Source of the DNA: Pseudomonadota bacterium
GTDB taxonomy: Bacteria > UBA10199 > 2-02-FULL-44-16 > DYJF01
Direction: 5' to 3'
Length of the DNA: 64,000 bases
Assembly: GCA_043823065.1 (NCBI GenBank)
Contig: JBDRBB010000009.1
Span: 1 to 64,000 of the forward strand
Shown here: one piece after another, positions 9,788 to 20,189 of the stretch
Layout: each line of letters opens with the position of its first letter
Position numbering within the stretch: the stretch's first letter is position 1
The notes under the pieces: generated by a model
What the model saw: only the letters and a program-made list of their open reading frames with translations
What the model was told of the DNA's origin: nothing
The model's database searches: none
Program-made: the position numbers and the translations under genes

Positions 9788-9892
9788 GTTCAATAATCTA
9801 ACGGAAAATTGCCTGAGTTACAATACTAGATTTCTGTTTGATTGACCCCTGCACTAAAAAGTATTAAGAAATAATCTAGGGGGAAGACCAAT

Positions 9893-11389
9893 ATGAAATT
9901 TCATCTAGCTAAACAAAACTTAAATCAGACAAAAGCAGATCTAATCGTCGTTGGTATATTTGAAGAAAAGCCCAGCTTACTTAAGGAAGATCAAGGTCAA
10001 ACAGTTGACCGGTCCTTAAAAGGGGAAATTGGTAAACTTATTATCAAAGAAGAATTTAAGGCACATTTAGGAGATAAAAAACTTATTTTTACCGCAGGTT
10101 TATTGCCAGCCAGATACGTGCTTTTATTAGGATTAGGCAAAAAAAATGAACTGAATCTGGATTCTTTAAGAAAAATTGGTGGGGCTATTGCCAAAGCTGC
10201 GCAAGAAATCAAAGCTAAATCCTTGGCTGTGGTTTTTCAAAAAACTGAATTAGGTAAACTAAAAACGCCAGAGCGAATTCAGGCTTTTGCTGAAGGATTA
10301 TTGTTGGGTTTGTATAGTTTTGATCAATATAAAAAAAAGGAAGAACGAGAAAAGCAAAAACTAGAAGAGGTTTTCTTAATAGCTTCGCTGCCTGAAAAAC
10401 AATTTGATGATTTAATTCAGCAAGCCAAAATTGTGGCCCAAGCCACCAACTTGGCCAGGGATTTAGGTAACATGCCTAGTGTTGATTTAACTCCGCAGAT
10501 TTTGGCTAACATAGCTAAAGAAATCGCTACCAAATACCATTTGAAATGTGAGGTTTTCAATCTGGCAAAAATCAAAGCAGAAAAAATGGGGGCTTTTTTA
10601 GCAGTGACCAAAGGTAGTGAAGAACCGCCAGCGTTTATTCATTTACAATATAGGCCAAAACAAAAACCCAAGAAAAAAGTGGCTATTGTAGGTAAAGGTA
10701 TAACTTTTGATTCTGGCGGAATTTCCATCAAGCCAGCCAAAGGTATGGAAGAGATGAAAGATGATATGTGCGGCGCAGGAACTACTTTAGCGGTAATGCA
10801 GGCTATTGCTCAACTAAAACCAAAAGTGGCAGTTGATGCCTATATTCCTGCTTGCGAGAATATGCCTAGCGGCAAGGCCATTAAACCTGGCGATATAGTT
10901 ACCGCCAGGAACGGCAAGACCATTGAGATAATCACCACTGATGCTGAAGGCAGAATGATTTTAGCAGATGCGCTTTCCTATGCTGCAGATAACAAGCCTG
11001 ATTATATGATCGATTTGGCAACATTAACCGGTCACTGTGCCTATGCTATTGGCGAGCGGTACATGGCAATTTTAGGTAATGATCAAACTTTGGTAGATAA
11101 ATTAATGGCCGGCGGCAAAACTGCTGGTGAAAAAATGTGGCAGTTTCCTTTAGAGCAAGAATATAAAAAAGGAATGACCAAAGGTATCGCAGATCTAAGA
11201 AATACTGGAACTTCCAAAGCTGGAGTAATTGAAGGAGCCTTGTTTTTGGAAGAGTTTGTTGGAAAATCTAAATGGGCCCATTTAGATATTGCTTCAGTGG
11301 CAGTTACAGCTGAGGATCTGCCATACACGCCAAAAGGTTGTGCTGGCGCTGGGGTAAGATTATTAATTAAATTTTTGCTGAGTTTGTAA
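9893..11389 (+). CDS. pepA: Leucyl aminopeptidase (M17)
   Basis: GKGITFDSGG, MKDDM, TDAEGR, DLATLTG, WAHLDIA. Confidence 0.93.
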   Translation: MKFHLAKQNLNQTKADLIVVGIFEEKPSLLKEDQGQTVDRSLKGEIGKLIIKEEFKAHLGDKKLIFTAGLLPARYVLLLGLGKKNELNLDSLRKIGGAIAKAAQEIKAKSLAVVFQKTELGKLKTPERIQAFAEGLLLGLYSFDQYKKKEEREKQKLEEVFLIASLPEKQFDDLIQQAKIVAQATNLARDLGNMPSVDLTPQILANIAKEIATKYHLKCEVFNLAKIKAEKMGAFLAVTKGSEEPPAFIHLQYRPKQKPKKKVAIVGKGITFDSGGISIKPAKGMEEMKDDMCGAGTTLAVMQAIAQLKPKVAVDAYIPACENMPSGKAIKPGDIVTARNGKTIEIITTDAEGRMILADALSYAADNKPDYMIDLATLTGHCAYAIGERYMAILGNDQTLVDKLMAGGKTAGEKMWQFPLEQEYKKGMTKGIADLRNTGTSKAGVIEGALFLEEFVGKSKWAHLDIASVAVTAEDLPYTPKGCAGAGVRLLIKFLLSL

Positions 11390-11390
11390 A

Positions 11391-11603
11391 TTAAGATCTG
11401 TCTCTTGGCCGGGATTTGATACCGTTTAGGATATCTTGGAATTTAGAATGGGCATTTTCAGTGGAGCCTTGATATTGGTCCTGGGCTGGCTGAATCTGAG
11501 CATTAGGTTCTGGTCTTTGAGCCCTGGGCTCTTGAGCCAATTTAAACATCTGGCCCTCCAGATTTGGATCAAGCAAGGATATGTATTTGCTAACTCCACT
11601 CAT
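11391..11603 (-). CDS. Small Q/P-rich hypothetical protein
   Basis: ATG ORF with AAGGGG upstream, fills the gap between pepA and tmk, preceded by a sigma-28-like motif. Confidence 0.5.
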   Translation of the reverse strand: MSGVSKYISLLDPNLEGQMFKLAQEPRAQRPEPNAQIQPAQDQYQGSTENAHSKFQDILNGIKSRPRDRS

Positions 11604-11636
11604 AAGATATAGATATACCCCTTCTATACATTAATA

Positions 11637-11664
11637 TTATCGTCATTTAGACCTCAAAAGTTGC
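11637..11664 (-). promoter_or_regulatory. Putative sigma-28 (FliA/WhiG)-like promoter
   Basis: Minus strand GCAAC-N15-GACGATAA; -10 is one mismatch from GCCGATAA, -35 is non-canonical. Confidence 0.4.
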
Positions 11665-11733
11665 TAAAAAAATGCATTTATTTGACTTTTCAGGGTTTTT
11701 TTGAGTTAAAGTCCAGTTTAGGAGGGTAAAAAT

Positions 11734-12375
11734 ATGGCTGGTATTTTTATTACCTTAGAAGGTATTGAAGGTTGTGGTAAAACCACACAAATTCGTAAAT
11801 TAGAAGCTTTTTTAAAAGAGCGCAATTATGATGTGGTGTTAACGCGTGAACCTGGCGGAACCAAGATTGGCGATCAAATTAGGCGCATACTTTTGTTAAC
11901 AGAAAACAAAGGCATGTTTCCCATTACTGAGCTGCTTTTATATGCTGCTGCCAGAAATCAACACGTTGAAGAAGTCATCGCTCCAGCCTTAAAAAAGGGA
12001 AAGATAGTGTTATGTGATAGATATGCTGATGCTACTTATGCTTATCAAGGCGCAGCCAGAAAGATTAAAATGAGTTTTTTAGAAGAGTTGCACAAAATTG
12101 CAGCTGGAGGTTTGAAGCCGCAATTGACTTTGGTTTTAGATTGCCCTGCTGAGCAAGGATTAACCAGGGCCAGACAAAGAAATGATAGGGAAATGACCAA
12201 AAATATAGAAGATCGGTTTGAACAAGAAGATTTGGATTTTCATGAAAAAGTTCGCCAGGGTTATTTAGAGCTAGCCAAAAAAGAACCAGAGCGCATAATC
12301 ATTGTGGATGCCAGTCAAGGTTTGGATGTAATTCATCAGGATATAGTTAAACAGGTAATGAGAGTATTAAGCTAA
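11734..12375 (+). CDS. tmk: Thymidylate kinase
   Basis: EGIEGCGKTT, TREPGGT, LCDRY. Confidence 0.95.
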   Translation: MAGIFITLEGIEGCGKTTQIRKLEAFLKERNYDVVLTREPGGTKIGDQIRRILLLTENKGMFPITELLLYAAARNQHVEEVIAPALKKGKIVLCDRYADATYAYQGAARKIKMSFLEELHKIAAGGLKPQLTLVLDCPAEQGLTRARQRNDREMTKNIEDRFEQEDLDFHEKVRQGYLELAKKEPERIIIVDASQGLDVIHQDIVKQVMRVLS

Positions 12376-13289
12376 TGTGGACTCAAATCATCGGACATAA
12401 GTCACAGCTGTCTCAGTTACAAAAGACCATACTTAACCAACAAATACCAAACGCCTATTTGTTTTCTGGATTAAAAGGTATTGGCAAAAGTTTGGTTGCC
12501 AAAGTTTTTGCCAAATCCTTGTTTTGTGAATCCTCTCCAGAGGTTTGCGATATCTGCGGGCCTTGTTCTAAAATTGAAAATAGAACTCATCCAGATGTTT
12601 TTTTTATTGAACCTCTTAAGGATCGTATTTTAATTGAACAAGTGCGCCAACTTAGGCAGGATTTACAGTTTCATCCTTTGGAAGGGTCATTTAAGATTAT
12701 TATTATAAATGATGTGGAAACCATGACTGAATCAGCAGCCAATGCTTTATTAAAAATTTTAGAAGAACCACCTCCGCAAACGCATTTTATTTTAGTTACC
12801 GCGCAGGCTCAGCGTTTGTTACCTACCATTAGATCGCGTTGCAGGCAGCTTGTCTTTTCTCCTTTGCCGGAAGCAGAAGTGCTAAGTTATCTTATTTCTA
12901 AAGGGGGTTCAGCTAAAGAACATACAGAAAGGTTGGCGCGTCTTTCTCAAGGTAGTATTGGTGCTATTGCTCAGCTTGATGAAAAATTTATGGCAGAAGT
13001 TTTAGAGCGTTTTCAAATTATTGTAAATAAAGCCAATGCAGCAGATATTATTGCTCTGGCAGAAATTTGGGATAATGAAAAAGATAGAACAGATTTGATT
13101 TTTGATTTATTGGCGCATTTTTATCGAGATTCTTTATGCGGTTGCCATGATTTTCGACAAAATAGTTCTTATGCGCTGATGGAAAAGGATTTTTTTAAAG
13201 TCGTAAAAACCAAGGAAATCATGCTTAGTACTACGGCTAACAAACAATTGTTGTTTGAAGAGCTATTGTTTAATTTAACCTCTAGATAA
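12375..13289 (+). CDS. holB: DNA polymerase III delta-prime subunit
   Basis: AYLFSG..GIGK, CDICGPC, HPD, ANALLKILEEPP, TIRSRC; follows tmk. Confidence 0.92.
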   Translation: MWTQIIGHKSQLSQLQKTILNQQIPNAYLFSGLKGIGKSLVAKVFAKSLFCESSPEVCDICGPCSKIENRTHPDVFFIEPLKDRILIEQVRQLRQDLQFHPLEGSFKIIIINDVETMTESAANALLKILEEPPPQTHFILVTAQAQRLLPTIRSRCRQLVFSPLPEAEVLSYLISKGGSAKEHTERLARLSQGSIGAIAQLDEKFMAEVLERFQIIVNKANAADIIALAEIWDNEKDRTDLIFDLLAHFYRDSLCGCHDFRQNSSYALMEKDFFKVVKTKEIMLSTTANKQLLFEELLFNLTSR

Positions 13290-13294
13290 TAGAT

Positions 13295-14236
13295 ATGGTT
13301 TTTATGGAACAAATGGAACAAAAAGAAGCAGCACCCAAACAGTCAACTAAGAAGCTGGTTGCTGGTGTGCAATATCGCAAAGGCGGCAAGGTTTATACTT
13401 TTGAAACACAAGATAATAGCTTGGTGCTTGGCAGCTTGGTTATGGTCGAAGGTGAGGGCCAAGAAATTTTTGGACAAATTATTGTTTCTCCGCGTGAAGT
13501 TGAGGTTGCTGATTTGCCCAAGAATTTAAAAAAAATCTTGAGGCTTGCCAATGCTGAAGATCAAAAAAAAGAAGCAGCTAGAAAAGAGAAAAGCGGCGAG
13601 TTTTTTCAAACCTTTGTCAAAAAAGTGGAAGAGCATAATTTGCCCATGAAACCATTGGAAGCTGATTTGGTTGAAGGAGGCAAGAAATGCGTTTTTACTT
13701 TTTTTGCTGAAGAAAGGGTGGATTTCAGGGCCTTGGTCAAAGAGTTGGCTTCAGCGCTTCATTTGCGCATTGAAATGCGTCAAATTGGCGCCAGAGATGA
13801 AGTTAAATGTGCAGGAGCAATGGGTAGTTGCGGACAAATTACTTGTTGTTCTAAACATTTAAGAACATTTAAATCAATTTCCATTCAGATGGCCAAAACT
13901 CAGGGTTTGATGCCGAATCCAGCCAGATTCACAGGTATTTGTGGCAAGTTGAAATGTTGTTTGGCTTATGAAAACGAGCAATATGCAGAAATTAGAAAAG
14001 ATTTGCCCCGCCTTAACACTTTGGTTACGACTCCTCAGGGAGATGGAAAAATTATAGATTTTAATATCTTAAAAAAAATCTGTGTGGTGCTCTTAGATGA
14101 AGGACCAATCACCAGGGTGCCTGTGGAAGAAGTAAAACCAAGAAAAGAAAAATCTAAAAAAGAAGAAGTAAAAAGAGAAGAACCCAAAAGAGTGGAAACC
14201 AAAAGAGAGCGTAGAAAGGATAGAAAGAGAAGATGA
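13295..14236 (+). CDS. PSP1-domain protein (RicT/YaaT family)
   Basis: RVDFRALVKEL, IEMRQIG.RDE, GSCG..TCC, GICGKLKCCLAYE; canonical position after holB. Confidence 0.88.
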   Translation: MVFMEQMEQKEAAPKQSTKKLVAGVQYRKGGKVYTFETQDNSLVLGSLVMVEGEGQEIFGQIIVSPREVEVADLPKNLKKILRLANAEDQKKEAARKEKSGEFFQTFVKKVEEHNLPMKPLEADLVEGGKKCVFTFFAEERVDFRALVKELASALHLRIEMRQIGARDEVKCAGAMGSCGQITCCSKHLRTFKSISIQMAKTQGLMPNPARFTGICGKLKCCLAYENEQYAEIRKDLPRLNTLVTTPQGDGKIIDFNILKKICVVLLDEGPITRVPVEEVKPRKEKSKKEEVKREEPKRVETKRERRKDRKRR

Positions 14237-16152
14237 GCAAGCAAGTTTATATCACCACAGCCATTGATTATGTGAACAGCCTTCCCCACATTGGTACTGC
14301 TTATGAAAAAATTGGCGCTGATGTCTTGGCGCGTTTTAAACGGCTAGATGGTTACCAGGTGTTATTTCAGATGGGCAACGATGAACACAGCGTAAATGTT
14401 AAAAAAGCAGCTGATAAAGCTGGAATTCATCCTAAAAAGTATTGCGATCAAATGCTGCTGGAATTTGAAAAAATTTGGCAGGAATTAAATATTTCCTATG
14501 ATGGTTTTATTCAGACTTCAGATCCTCATCATGAACAAGGTGTGCAAAAACTGTTCGCGATTATTGCCGATAAAGGCGATATTTATTCAGCGCATTATGA
14601 AGGCTGGTATTGTGAGTCTTGCGAAGCTTTTTTAACTGATAAAGATTTGGTGGAAGGCAAGTGCCCCAATCATAAAAGCAAACCCAAATGGTTGCAGGAA
14701 GAAAACTATTTTTTTGCCCTTTCCAAATATCGGGATCGTTTGTTGAAACATATTCAGGATAATCCAGAATTTATTCAACCAGAGGTACGGCGCAATGAAG
14801 TGCTTAGCTTATTGAATCAGGGTTTAGATGATATCAGCGTTTCTCGCGCCTCTTTTCCTTGGGGCATTCCCTTGCCAAATGATCCTTCGCATGTGGTCTA
14901 TGTTTGGTTTGATGCTTTAATTAATTACATCACTGCTATTGGCTATGGTTGGGATGAAAAAAAATTCAAAAAGTGGTGGCCAGCCCAGGTGCATGTAATT
15001 GGCAAAGATATTACCAGATTTCATTGTGTAATTTGGCCAGCAATGCTTTTGAGCGCTGGACTTAAACTACCCAAAACTATTTTTGCTCATGGCTTTGTTT
15101 CTTTAAGAGGCGAAAAAATGAGCAAGACCTTGGGCAATGTAGTTACACCTTTAGATGTTTGTGAAAAATATGGAGCAGATCCCTTGCGTTATTACTTGCT
15201 TAGAGAAGGAGCATTTGGCCGAGACAGTGATTTTACCTGGGAGAATTTTATCAGGCGTTATAATGGTGATTTGGCCAATGAATTGGGAAACTTGGTTTCC
15301 AGAACAATTGGTATGGCCAGACGTTACTTTGAAGGAAAAGTTTCTTTGCCTGCAGAAAAATTAATTGGCGAACGAGAACTAGAACTTAAAACAGAAATGG
15401 TCTCTCTTTTGCCAAAACTGCGGCAGTATTTAGACTATAGCAAAGGGGAAGTTAATTTTCATCATGCGCTGGCTTTGCTTTGGGAGGCCATGGCCAAAGC
15501 AGATCGTTATATCAGTGATTTAAAACCTTGGGCCTTGGCCAAAGAGAAAAAATTAGATCAGGTAAATTGTATTTTATATCACTTGCTGGAGTCTTTACGA
15601 ATTTTGACTATTTTATTGCAGGCCTTTATTCCCCAAACCGCTGAAAAAATTTGGCAACTATTAGGATTGGATTTTTTAGGCGAATTAGCCCAGCAAGATT
15701 TTACTAAAATCGAAAAATGGGGTGGAATTAAATCTGAGGTATTTGTTAAAGAAACAACTGCTTTATTTCCCAGAATCGAAGAAAAAGAATCTGAAGAGAA
15801 AGGAAAGAAAATGGAAAGCAATTTCATGGAACAGATCGAGATTACAGATTTTGCTAAAGTGGATTTAAGAGTGGCTGAGGTTGTGCAGGCTGAAAAAGTT
15901 GAAGGCGCAGATAAACTTTTAAAGCTTAAAATAAATCTTGGGCAAGAAGAACGCCAAATTGTGGCAGGAATTGCCCAGCATTATTCACCAGAAGAGATGG
16001 TGGGTAAAAAAGTTGTGGTCGTGGCTAACTTAAAACCAGCCAAATTGCGGGGAATTGAATCCCAGGGCATGCTTTTAGCTGCCTCAGACGCAGAAACAAT
16101 TAGTGTTTTAACACCAGTTAAGGATGTCAAAATCGGTTCCAAGGTTAAGTAA
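14233..16152 (+). CDS. metG: Methionyl-tRNA synthetase
   Basis: HIGT, KMSKT, zinc knuckle CESC, C-terminal tRNA-binding domain. Confidence 0.95.
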   Translation: MSKQVYITTAIDYVNSLPHIGTAYEKIGADVLARFKRLDGYQVLFQMGNDEHSVNVKKAADKAGIHPKKYCDQMLLEFEKIWQELNISYDGFIQTSDPHHEQGVQKLFAIIADKGDIYSAHYEGWYCESCEAFLTDKDLVEGKCPNHKSKPKWLQEENYFFALSKYRDRLLKHIQDNPEFIQPEVRRNEVLSLLNQGLDDISVSRASFPWGIPLPNDPSHVVYVWFDALINYITAIGYGWDEKKFKKWWPAQVHVIGKDITRFHCVIWPAMLLSAGLKLPKTIFAHGFVSLRGEKMSKTLGNVVTPLDVCEKYGADPLRYYLLREGAFGRDSDFTWENFIRRYNGDLANELGNLVSRTIGMARRYFEGKVSLPAEKLIGERELELKTEMVSLLPKLRQYLDYSKGEVNFHHALALLWEAMAKADRYISDLKPWALAKEKKLDQVNCILYHLLESLRILTILLQAFIPQTAEKIWQLLGLDFLGELAQQDFTKIEKWGGIKSEVFVKETTALFPRIEEKESEEKGKKMESNFMEQIEITDFAKVDLRVAEVVQAEKVEGADKLLKLKINLGQEERQIVAGIAQHYSPEEMVGKKVVVVANLKPAKLRGIESQGMLLAASDAETISVLTPVKDVKIGSKVK

Positions 16153-17156
16153 TGACTGCTTACCTTTTAAAAAGATTACTGCTCATGGTTCCCACTTTAT
16201 TTGGGATTACCTTAGTTACATTTATTATAATTCAATTAGCGCCAGGAGATCCTGCTTCTCTCAAGGCCCAATCCATGACTGAACAGCTGGCAGGCACGCA
16301 AATGGCCAGCCAGGTGGTAGAGGAAACTCGCAAACTTTATGGTCTGGATAAACCTATTTATGTGCAATATGGAATTTGGTTAAAACGCTTGGCCAGTCTT
16401 GATTTTGGCAATTCCCTGCGTGACCATCGCCCAGTGCTTGCTAAAATTACTGAAGCCTTACCCATTACCTTAACCCTAAACATCATTAGTATTTTTATTG
16501 TCTATTTTATTTCCATACCCTTGGGCGCCTATACTGCCTTAAAACCAAATACTATTTTTGATCGAATTTCCGCCTTGGGTTTGTTTGTGCTCTATTCTTT
16601 GCCAAATTTTTGGGTGGCCATGATGCTCATTGTTTGGCTAGGTGGCGGCGATTATCTTAACTGGTTTCCAATTGTTGGTTTTGTATCTGACAATGCTTCA
16701 GAGTTATCTATTTGGGGCTGGCTGGCCAATGTTGGTTGGCATCTGGTTTTGCCTATCACTTGTCTGACTTATGCTTCTTTAGCGTTTCTTTCGCGCTTTT
16801 CAAGAAGTTCAATGTTAGAAGTAATTCGTCAAGATTATGTGCGAGTAGCCATGGCTAAGGGTTTGCCTCAGTGGAGAGTGCTTATCCATCATATCTTGCG
16901 CAATGCGCTTATCCCGCTAATTACTTTAACGGCAACTTTACTTCCTTCCTTAATTGCCGGCAGTGTAATAATTGAACAAATTTTTGCCATTCCAGGCATG
17001 GGCCGCTTAGGGTTTGAATCTGTGCTGGCCAGAGATTATCCAGTAATTATGGCCATTGCCTTTATCAGCGCTTTTTTGACCTTAGTTGGTATTTTAATTA
17101 GTGATCTATTATATGTAGTGGTGGATCCCAGAATTACTTTTAAAGGAAGCAAGTAG
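16152..17156 (+). CDS. oppB: Oligopeptide/dipeptide ABC permease (OppB/DppB-like)
   Basis: LAPGDP, LDFGNS, QDYVRVAMAKG EAA loop, RDYP. Confidence 0.85.
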   Translation: MTAYLLKRLLLMVPTLFGITLVTFIIIQLAPGDPASLKAQSMTEQLAGTQMASQVVEETRKLYGLDKPIYVQYGIWLKRLASLDFGNSLRDHRPVLAKITEALPITLTLNIISIFIVYFISIPLGAYTALKPNTIFDRISALGLFVLYSLPNFWVAMMLIVWLGGGDYLNWFPIVGFVSDNASELSIWGWLANVGWHLVLPITCLTYASLAFLSRFSRSSMLEVIRQDYVRVAMAKGLPQWRVLIHHILRNALIPLITLTATLLPSLIAGSVIIEQIFAIPGMGRLGFESVLARDYPVIMAIAFISAFLTLVGILISDLLYVVVDPRITFKGSK

Positions 17157-17161
17157 TTAAT

Positions 17162-17220
17162 TAAATAGTCTTCTCGACGGGCTCGAAGACTATTTATTAT
17201 TATTCGAGCGTAGTCGAGAA
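17162..17220. repeat. Palindromic REP-like element with two alternative stems
   Basis: TAAATAGTCTTC/GAAGACTATTTA stem overlaps a TTCTCGAC..GCTCGAA/TTCGAGC..GTCGAGAA stem. Confidence 0.6.
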
Positions 17221-17229
17221 CTCTAATTT

Positions 17230-18204
17230 ATGAAAAAGTCGCAATCATATTCAGCAATAGTCTGGCGGCAGTTTAAGCGTAACCGCTTGGCTGTGCTAGG
17301 CTTGCTAATTGTTGGAGTCTTGTTTGCTTTAGCTATCTTAGCTCCTGTTTTAGCTAATGATCGCCCGATCTTTATGCAATATCAGGGGAAAAATTATTTT
17401 CCTGCCTTGCACTTGTCTGCTGATTTGCAAGGAGTTGATTTTCAGGATCAAGAAAATTTCATGATTTGGCCGCCAATTCCCTATAGTCCGCAAGGCTATG
17501 ATTTAAGAAGTATTTTGCAAAATCCTAATGCCCAGCATTTATTAGGCACCGATGGTGAAGGCAAAGATGTTCTGGCTCAACTTATTTGGGGGAGTCGAAT
17601 TTCACTTTCAGTTGGTTTTATTGCAGTAGGTATTGCGGTGATCATAGGTATAATTTTGGGCATGATTGCTGGTTTTTATGGAGGTATGATTGATTTAGTA
17701 ACCTCGCGCTTTATTGAAGTCATGATGTGTTTTCCCACTTTTTTTCTGATTTTGGCAATTTTGGCCTTTGTTGGTCCTTCCATCTATAATATTATGATTG
17801 TTATTGGTTTGACTGGTTGGACTGGTGTGGCCAGGTTGGTGCGCGGAGAGTGTTTAAAACTCAAAAATCGAGATTTTATTGTTGCGGCAAAAGTTGTGGG
17901 TGCTTCAGACTATAGAATTATTGTTAGACATTTGTTATCAAATGCTTTGTCACCTGTGCTGGTAAGTGCTACTTTTGGCATTGCTTCTGCAATACTGGTG
18001 GAAGCTTCGCTTTCTTTTTTAGGTTTTGGAGTTGGGCCTTCTACGCCAAGTTGGGGAAGTTTATTGTCTCAGGCTCAACAATATATGGATATTGCCTGGT
18101 GGTTGACTTTAGCACCAGGGTTTGCGATTTTTCTTACTGTAACTGCTTATAATGTGGTTGGTGAAGGTTTAAGAGATGCAATTGATCCAAATTTAAAAAT
18201 CTAA
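17230..18204 (+). CDS. oppC: Oligopeptide ABC permease (OppC/DppC-like)
   Basis: HLLGTD..GKD, ARLVRG, EASLSFLG, GEGLRDAIDP. Confidence 0.85.
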   Translation: MKKSQSYSAIVWRQFKRNRLAVLGLLIVGVLFALAILAPVLANDRPIFMQYQGKNYFPALHLSADLQGVDFQDQENFMIWPPIPYSPQGYDLRSILQNPNAQHLLGTDGEGKDVLAQLIWGSRISLSVGFIAVGIAVIIGIILGMIAGFYGGMIDLVTSRFIEVMMCFPTFFLILAILAFVGPSIYNIMIVIGLTGWTGVARLVRGECLKLKNRDFIVAAKVVGASDYRIIVRHLLSNALSPVLVSATFGIASAILVEASLSFLGFGVGPSTPSWGSLLSQAQQYMDIAWWLTLAPGFAIFLTVTAYNVVGEGLRDAIDPNLKI

Positions 18205-18206
18205 TT

Positions 18207-19193
18207 ATGGCATTGTTATCTGTTCAAAACTTAAAAACACACTTTTTCACTTCAGATGGTATAGTAAAGGCTGTGGATGGCGTGTCTTTTTCTTTATATC
18301 GGGGAGATACGCTTGGTATTGTTGGTGAAAGCGGTTGCGGCAAGACCATGTTGGCGCTTTCTTTGCTGCGTCTAATTCCTGATCCTCCTGGAAAAATTGT
18401 AGATGGCAAAATTTTTTATCAATTCAAAGATGGCAAAGAACCAGCTGATCTATTAACTTTTTCCAGTAAACGCATTCGTGAGGTGCGCGGTAAAAATATG
18501 GCCATGATTTTTCAAGAGCCAATGACTTCCTTGAATCCTGTTTTAACCATCGGCAATCAGATTGAAGAGGCAATTAAATTGCATCTTGGTGGTAATAAAA
18601 AAGAACTTAAAGCAAGAACCATTGAAATATTAAGACTGGTTGGTATTTCAGCGCCTGAAACTCGCTTAAATGATTATCCTCATCAATTTTCAGGTGGCAT
18701 GCGGCAAAGAGTGATGATTGCTATGGCCCTTTCCTGTCACCCGGAAATTTTGATAGCTGATGAGCCAACTACAGCCTTGGATGTAACCATTCAAGCCCAA
18801 ATCTTGGATCTAATTGCTGGCTTGCAAGAAAAATTAGGTATGGCCATGATTTTAGTTACCCATGATTTTGGTGTAGTAGCTGAGGTCACCAAACAAGTTG
18901 CTGTTATGTATGCAGGTAAAATTGTGGAACAAGGCAGTACTAAAGACGTGTTTGAAAATCCTAGGCATCCCTATACCAAAGGTTTGTTAAATTCGATAAT
19001 TTCTCTCAGAAAGGGCGAGTTGAAAGAAAAATTAAAAACCAGTCCAGGCACAGTTCCTGATTTAGCACATTTGCCAATTGGGTGCAGTTTTCAAAACAGA
19101 TGTCCAAGAGTGCAAGATATGTGTCGTTTAGAAGAGCCTAAGTTAGAGGAAAAAGAACCTGGCAAAGCAGTGAGGTGTTTTTTCCCGGAATAA
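18207..19193 (+). CDS. oppD: Oligopeptide ABC ATPase (OppD/DppD-like)
   Basis: GESGCGKT, FQEPMTSLNP, SGGMRQR, C-terminal C.F..RC. Confidence 0.88.
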   Translation: MALLSVQNLKTHFFTSDGIVKAVDGVSFSLYRGDTLGIVGESGCGKTMLALSLLRLIPDPPGKIVDGKIFYQFKDGKEPADLLTFSSKRIREVRGKNMAMIFQEPMTSLNPVLTIGNQIEEAIKLHLGGNKKELKARTIEILRLVGISAPETRLNDYPHQFSGGMRQRVMIAMALSCHPEILIADEPTTALDVTIQAQILDLIAGLQEKLGMAMILVTHDFGVVAEVTKQVAVMYAGKIVEQGSTKDVFENPRHPYTKGLLNSIISLRKGELKEKLKTSPGTVPDLAHLPIGCSFQNRCPRVQDMCRLEEPKLEEKEPGKAVRCFFPE

Positions 19194-19197
19194 AAAC

Positions 19198-20187
19198 ATG
19201 GAAACATTATTAAGCATACAAAATCTGGTGAAACATTTTCCAGTGCCTGGTGGCTTGTTTGGACGGCAAATAGCAGCTGTGCATGCGGTAAATGGTGTTT
19301 CTTTAGAGATTAACAAAGGTGAAACTCTGGGGCTGGTTGGAGAAAGTGGAAGCGGCAAATCTACTTTAGGGCTTTTAACTTTGCGCCTACTTGATCCAGA
19401 TCAAGGTAGTATTTTTTTTGAAAACCAGGATTTATCTAAACTGTCACAGCGCAAATTAAGGTCTTTAAGACACCAGATGCAAATTGTTTTTCAAGATCCT
19501 TATGCTTCGCTCAATCCCAGGATGACCGTTAGTCAAATTGTGGGAGAGCCTCTTATTGTGCATCAGGTTGGTAATAAGCAGCAAAGAATAGACAGGGTGA
19601 AAGAGCTTTTGAGTTTAGTTGGTTTAAGTGTAGATGCTCTAAATAAATATCCTCACGAGTTTTCCGGAGGGCAAAGGCAAAGAATTGGTATTGCCCGGGC
19701 TATTGCCTTAAATCCAAAATTTATTGTTGCTGATGAACCAGTAAGCGCCTTGGATGTTTCGGTGCGCGGTGAAATTATCAACTTAATGGCAGATCTGCAG
19801 GAAAAATTGGGTTTAACCTATCTTTTTATTTCCCATGATTTAACTGTAGTGGCCCATACCAGTAATCGTATTGCCGTAATGTATTTAGGTAAAATAATGG
19901 AGATGTTTCCTGCCTATCAATTATATGAAGCCAGGCATCCATATACCCAAGCCCTGATTTCAGCAATTCCTATTCCAGATCCAAGCGTTAAAAAACAAAG
20001 AATAAGGCTGGCTGGCGATGTGCCTTCTCCCTTAAATTTGCCAACAGGTTGTGTGTTTCATCCTAGGTGTCAATATGCTAAGGATGTTTGTCGCCAAAAA
20101 ATTCCCGAGCTTTTATCATATAAAGATAAATGTCAGGGTGCTTGCCATTTTATCAAAGAAATACCGAAATTTGAGATTAAGGAGTAG
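19198..20187 (+). CDS. oppF: Oligopeptide ABC ATPase (OppF/DppF-like)
   Basis: GESGSGKST, FQDPYASLNP, SGGQRQR, GCVFHPRC. Confidence 0.88.
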   Translation: METLLSIQNLVKHFPVPGGLFGRQIAAVHAVNGVSLEINKGETLGLVGESGSGKSTLGLLTLRLLDPDQGSIFFENQDLSKLSQRKLRSLRHQMQIVFQDPYASLNPRMTVSQIVGEPLIVHQVGNKQQRIDRVKELLSLVGLSVDALNKYPHEFSGGQRQRIGIARAIALNPKFIVADEPVSALDVSVRGEIINLMADLQEKLGLTYLFISHDLTVVAHTSNRIAVMYLGKIMEMFPAYQLYEARHPYTQALISAIPIPDPSVKKQRIRLAGDVPSPLNLPTGCVFHPRCQYAKDVCRQKIPELLSYKDKCQGACHFIKEIPKFEIKE

Positions 20188-20189
20188 AT

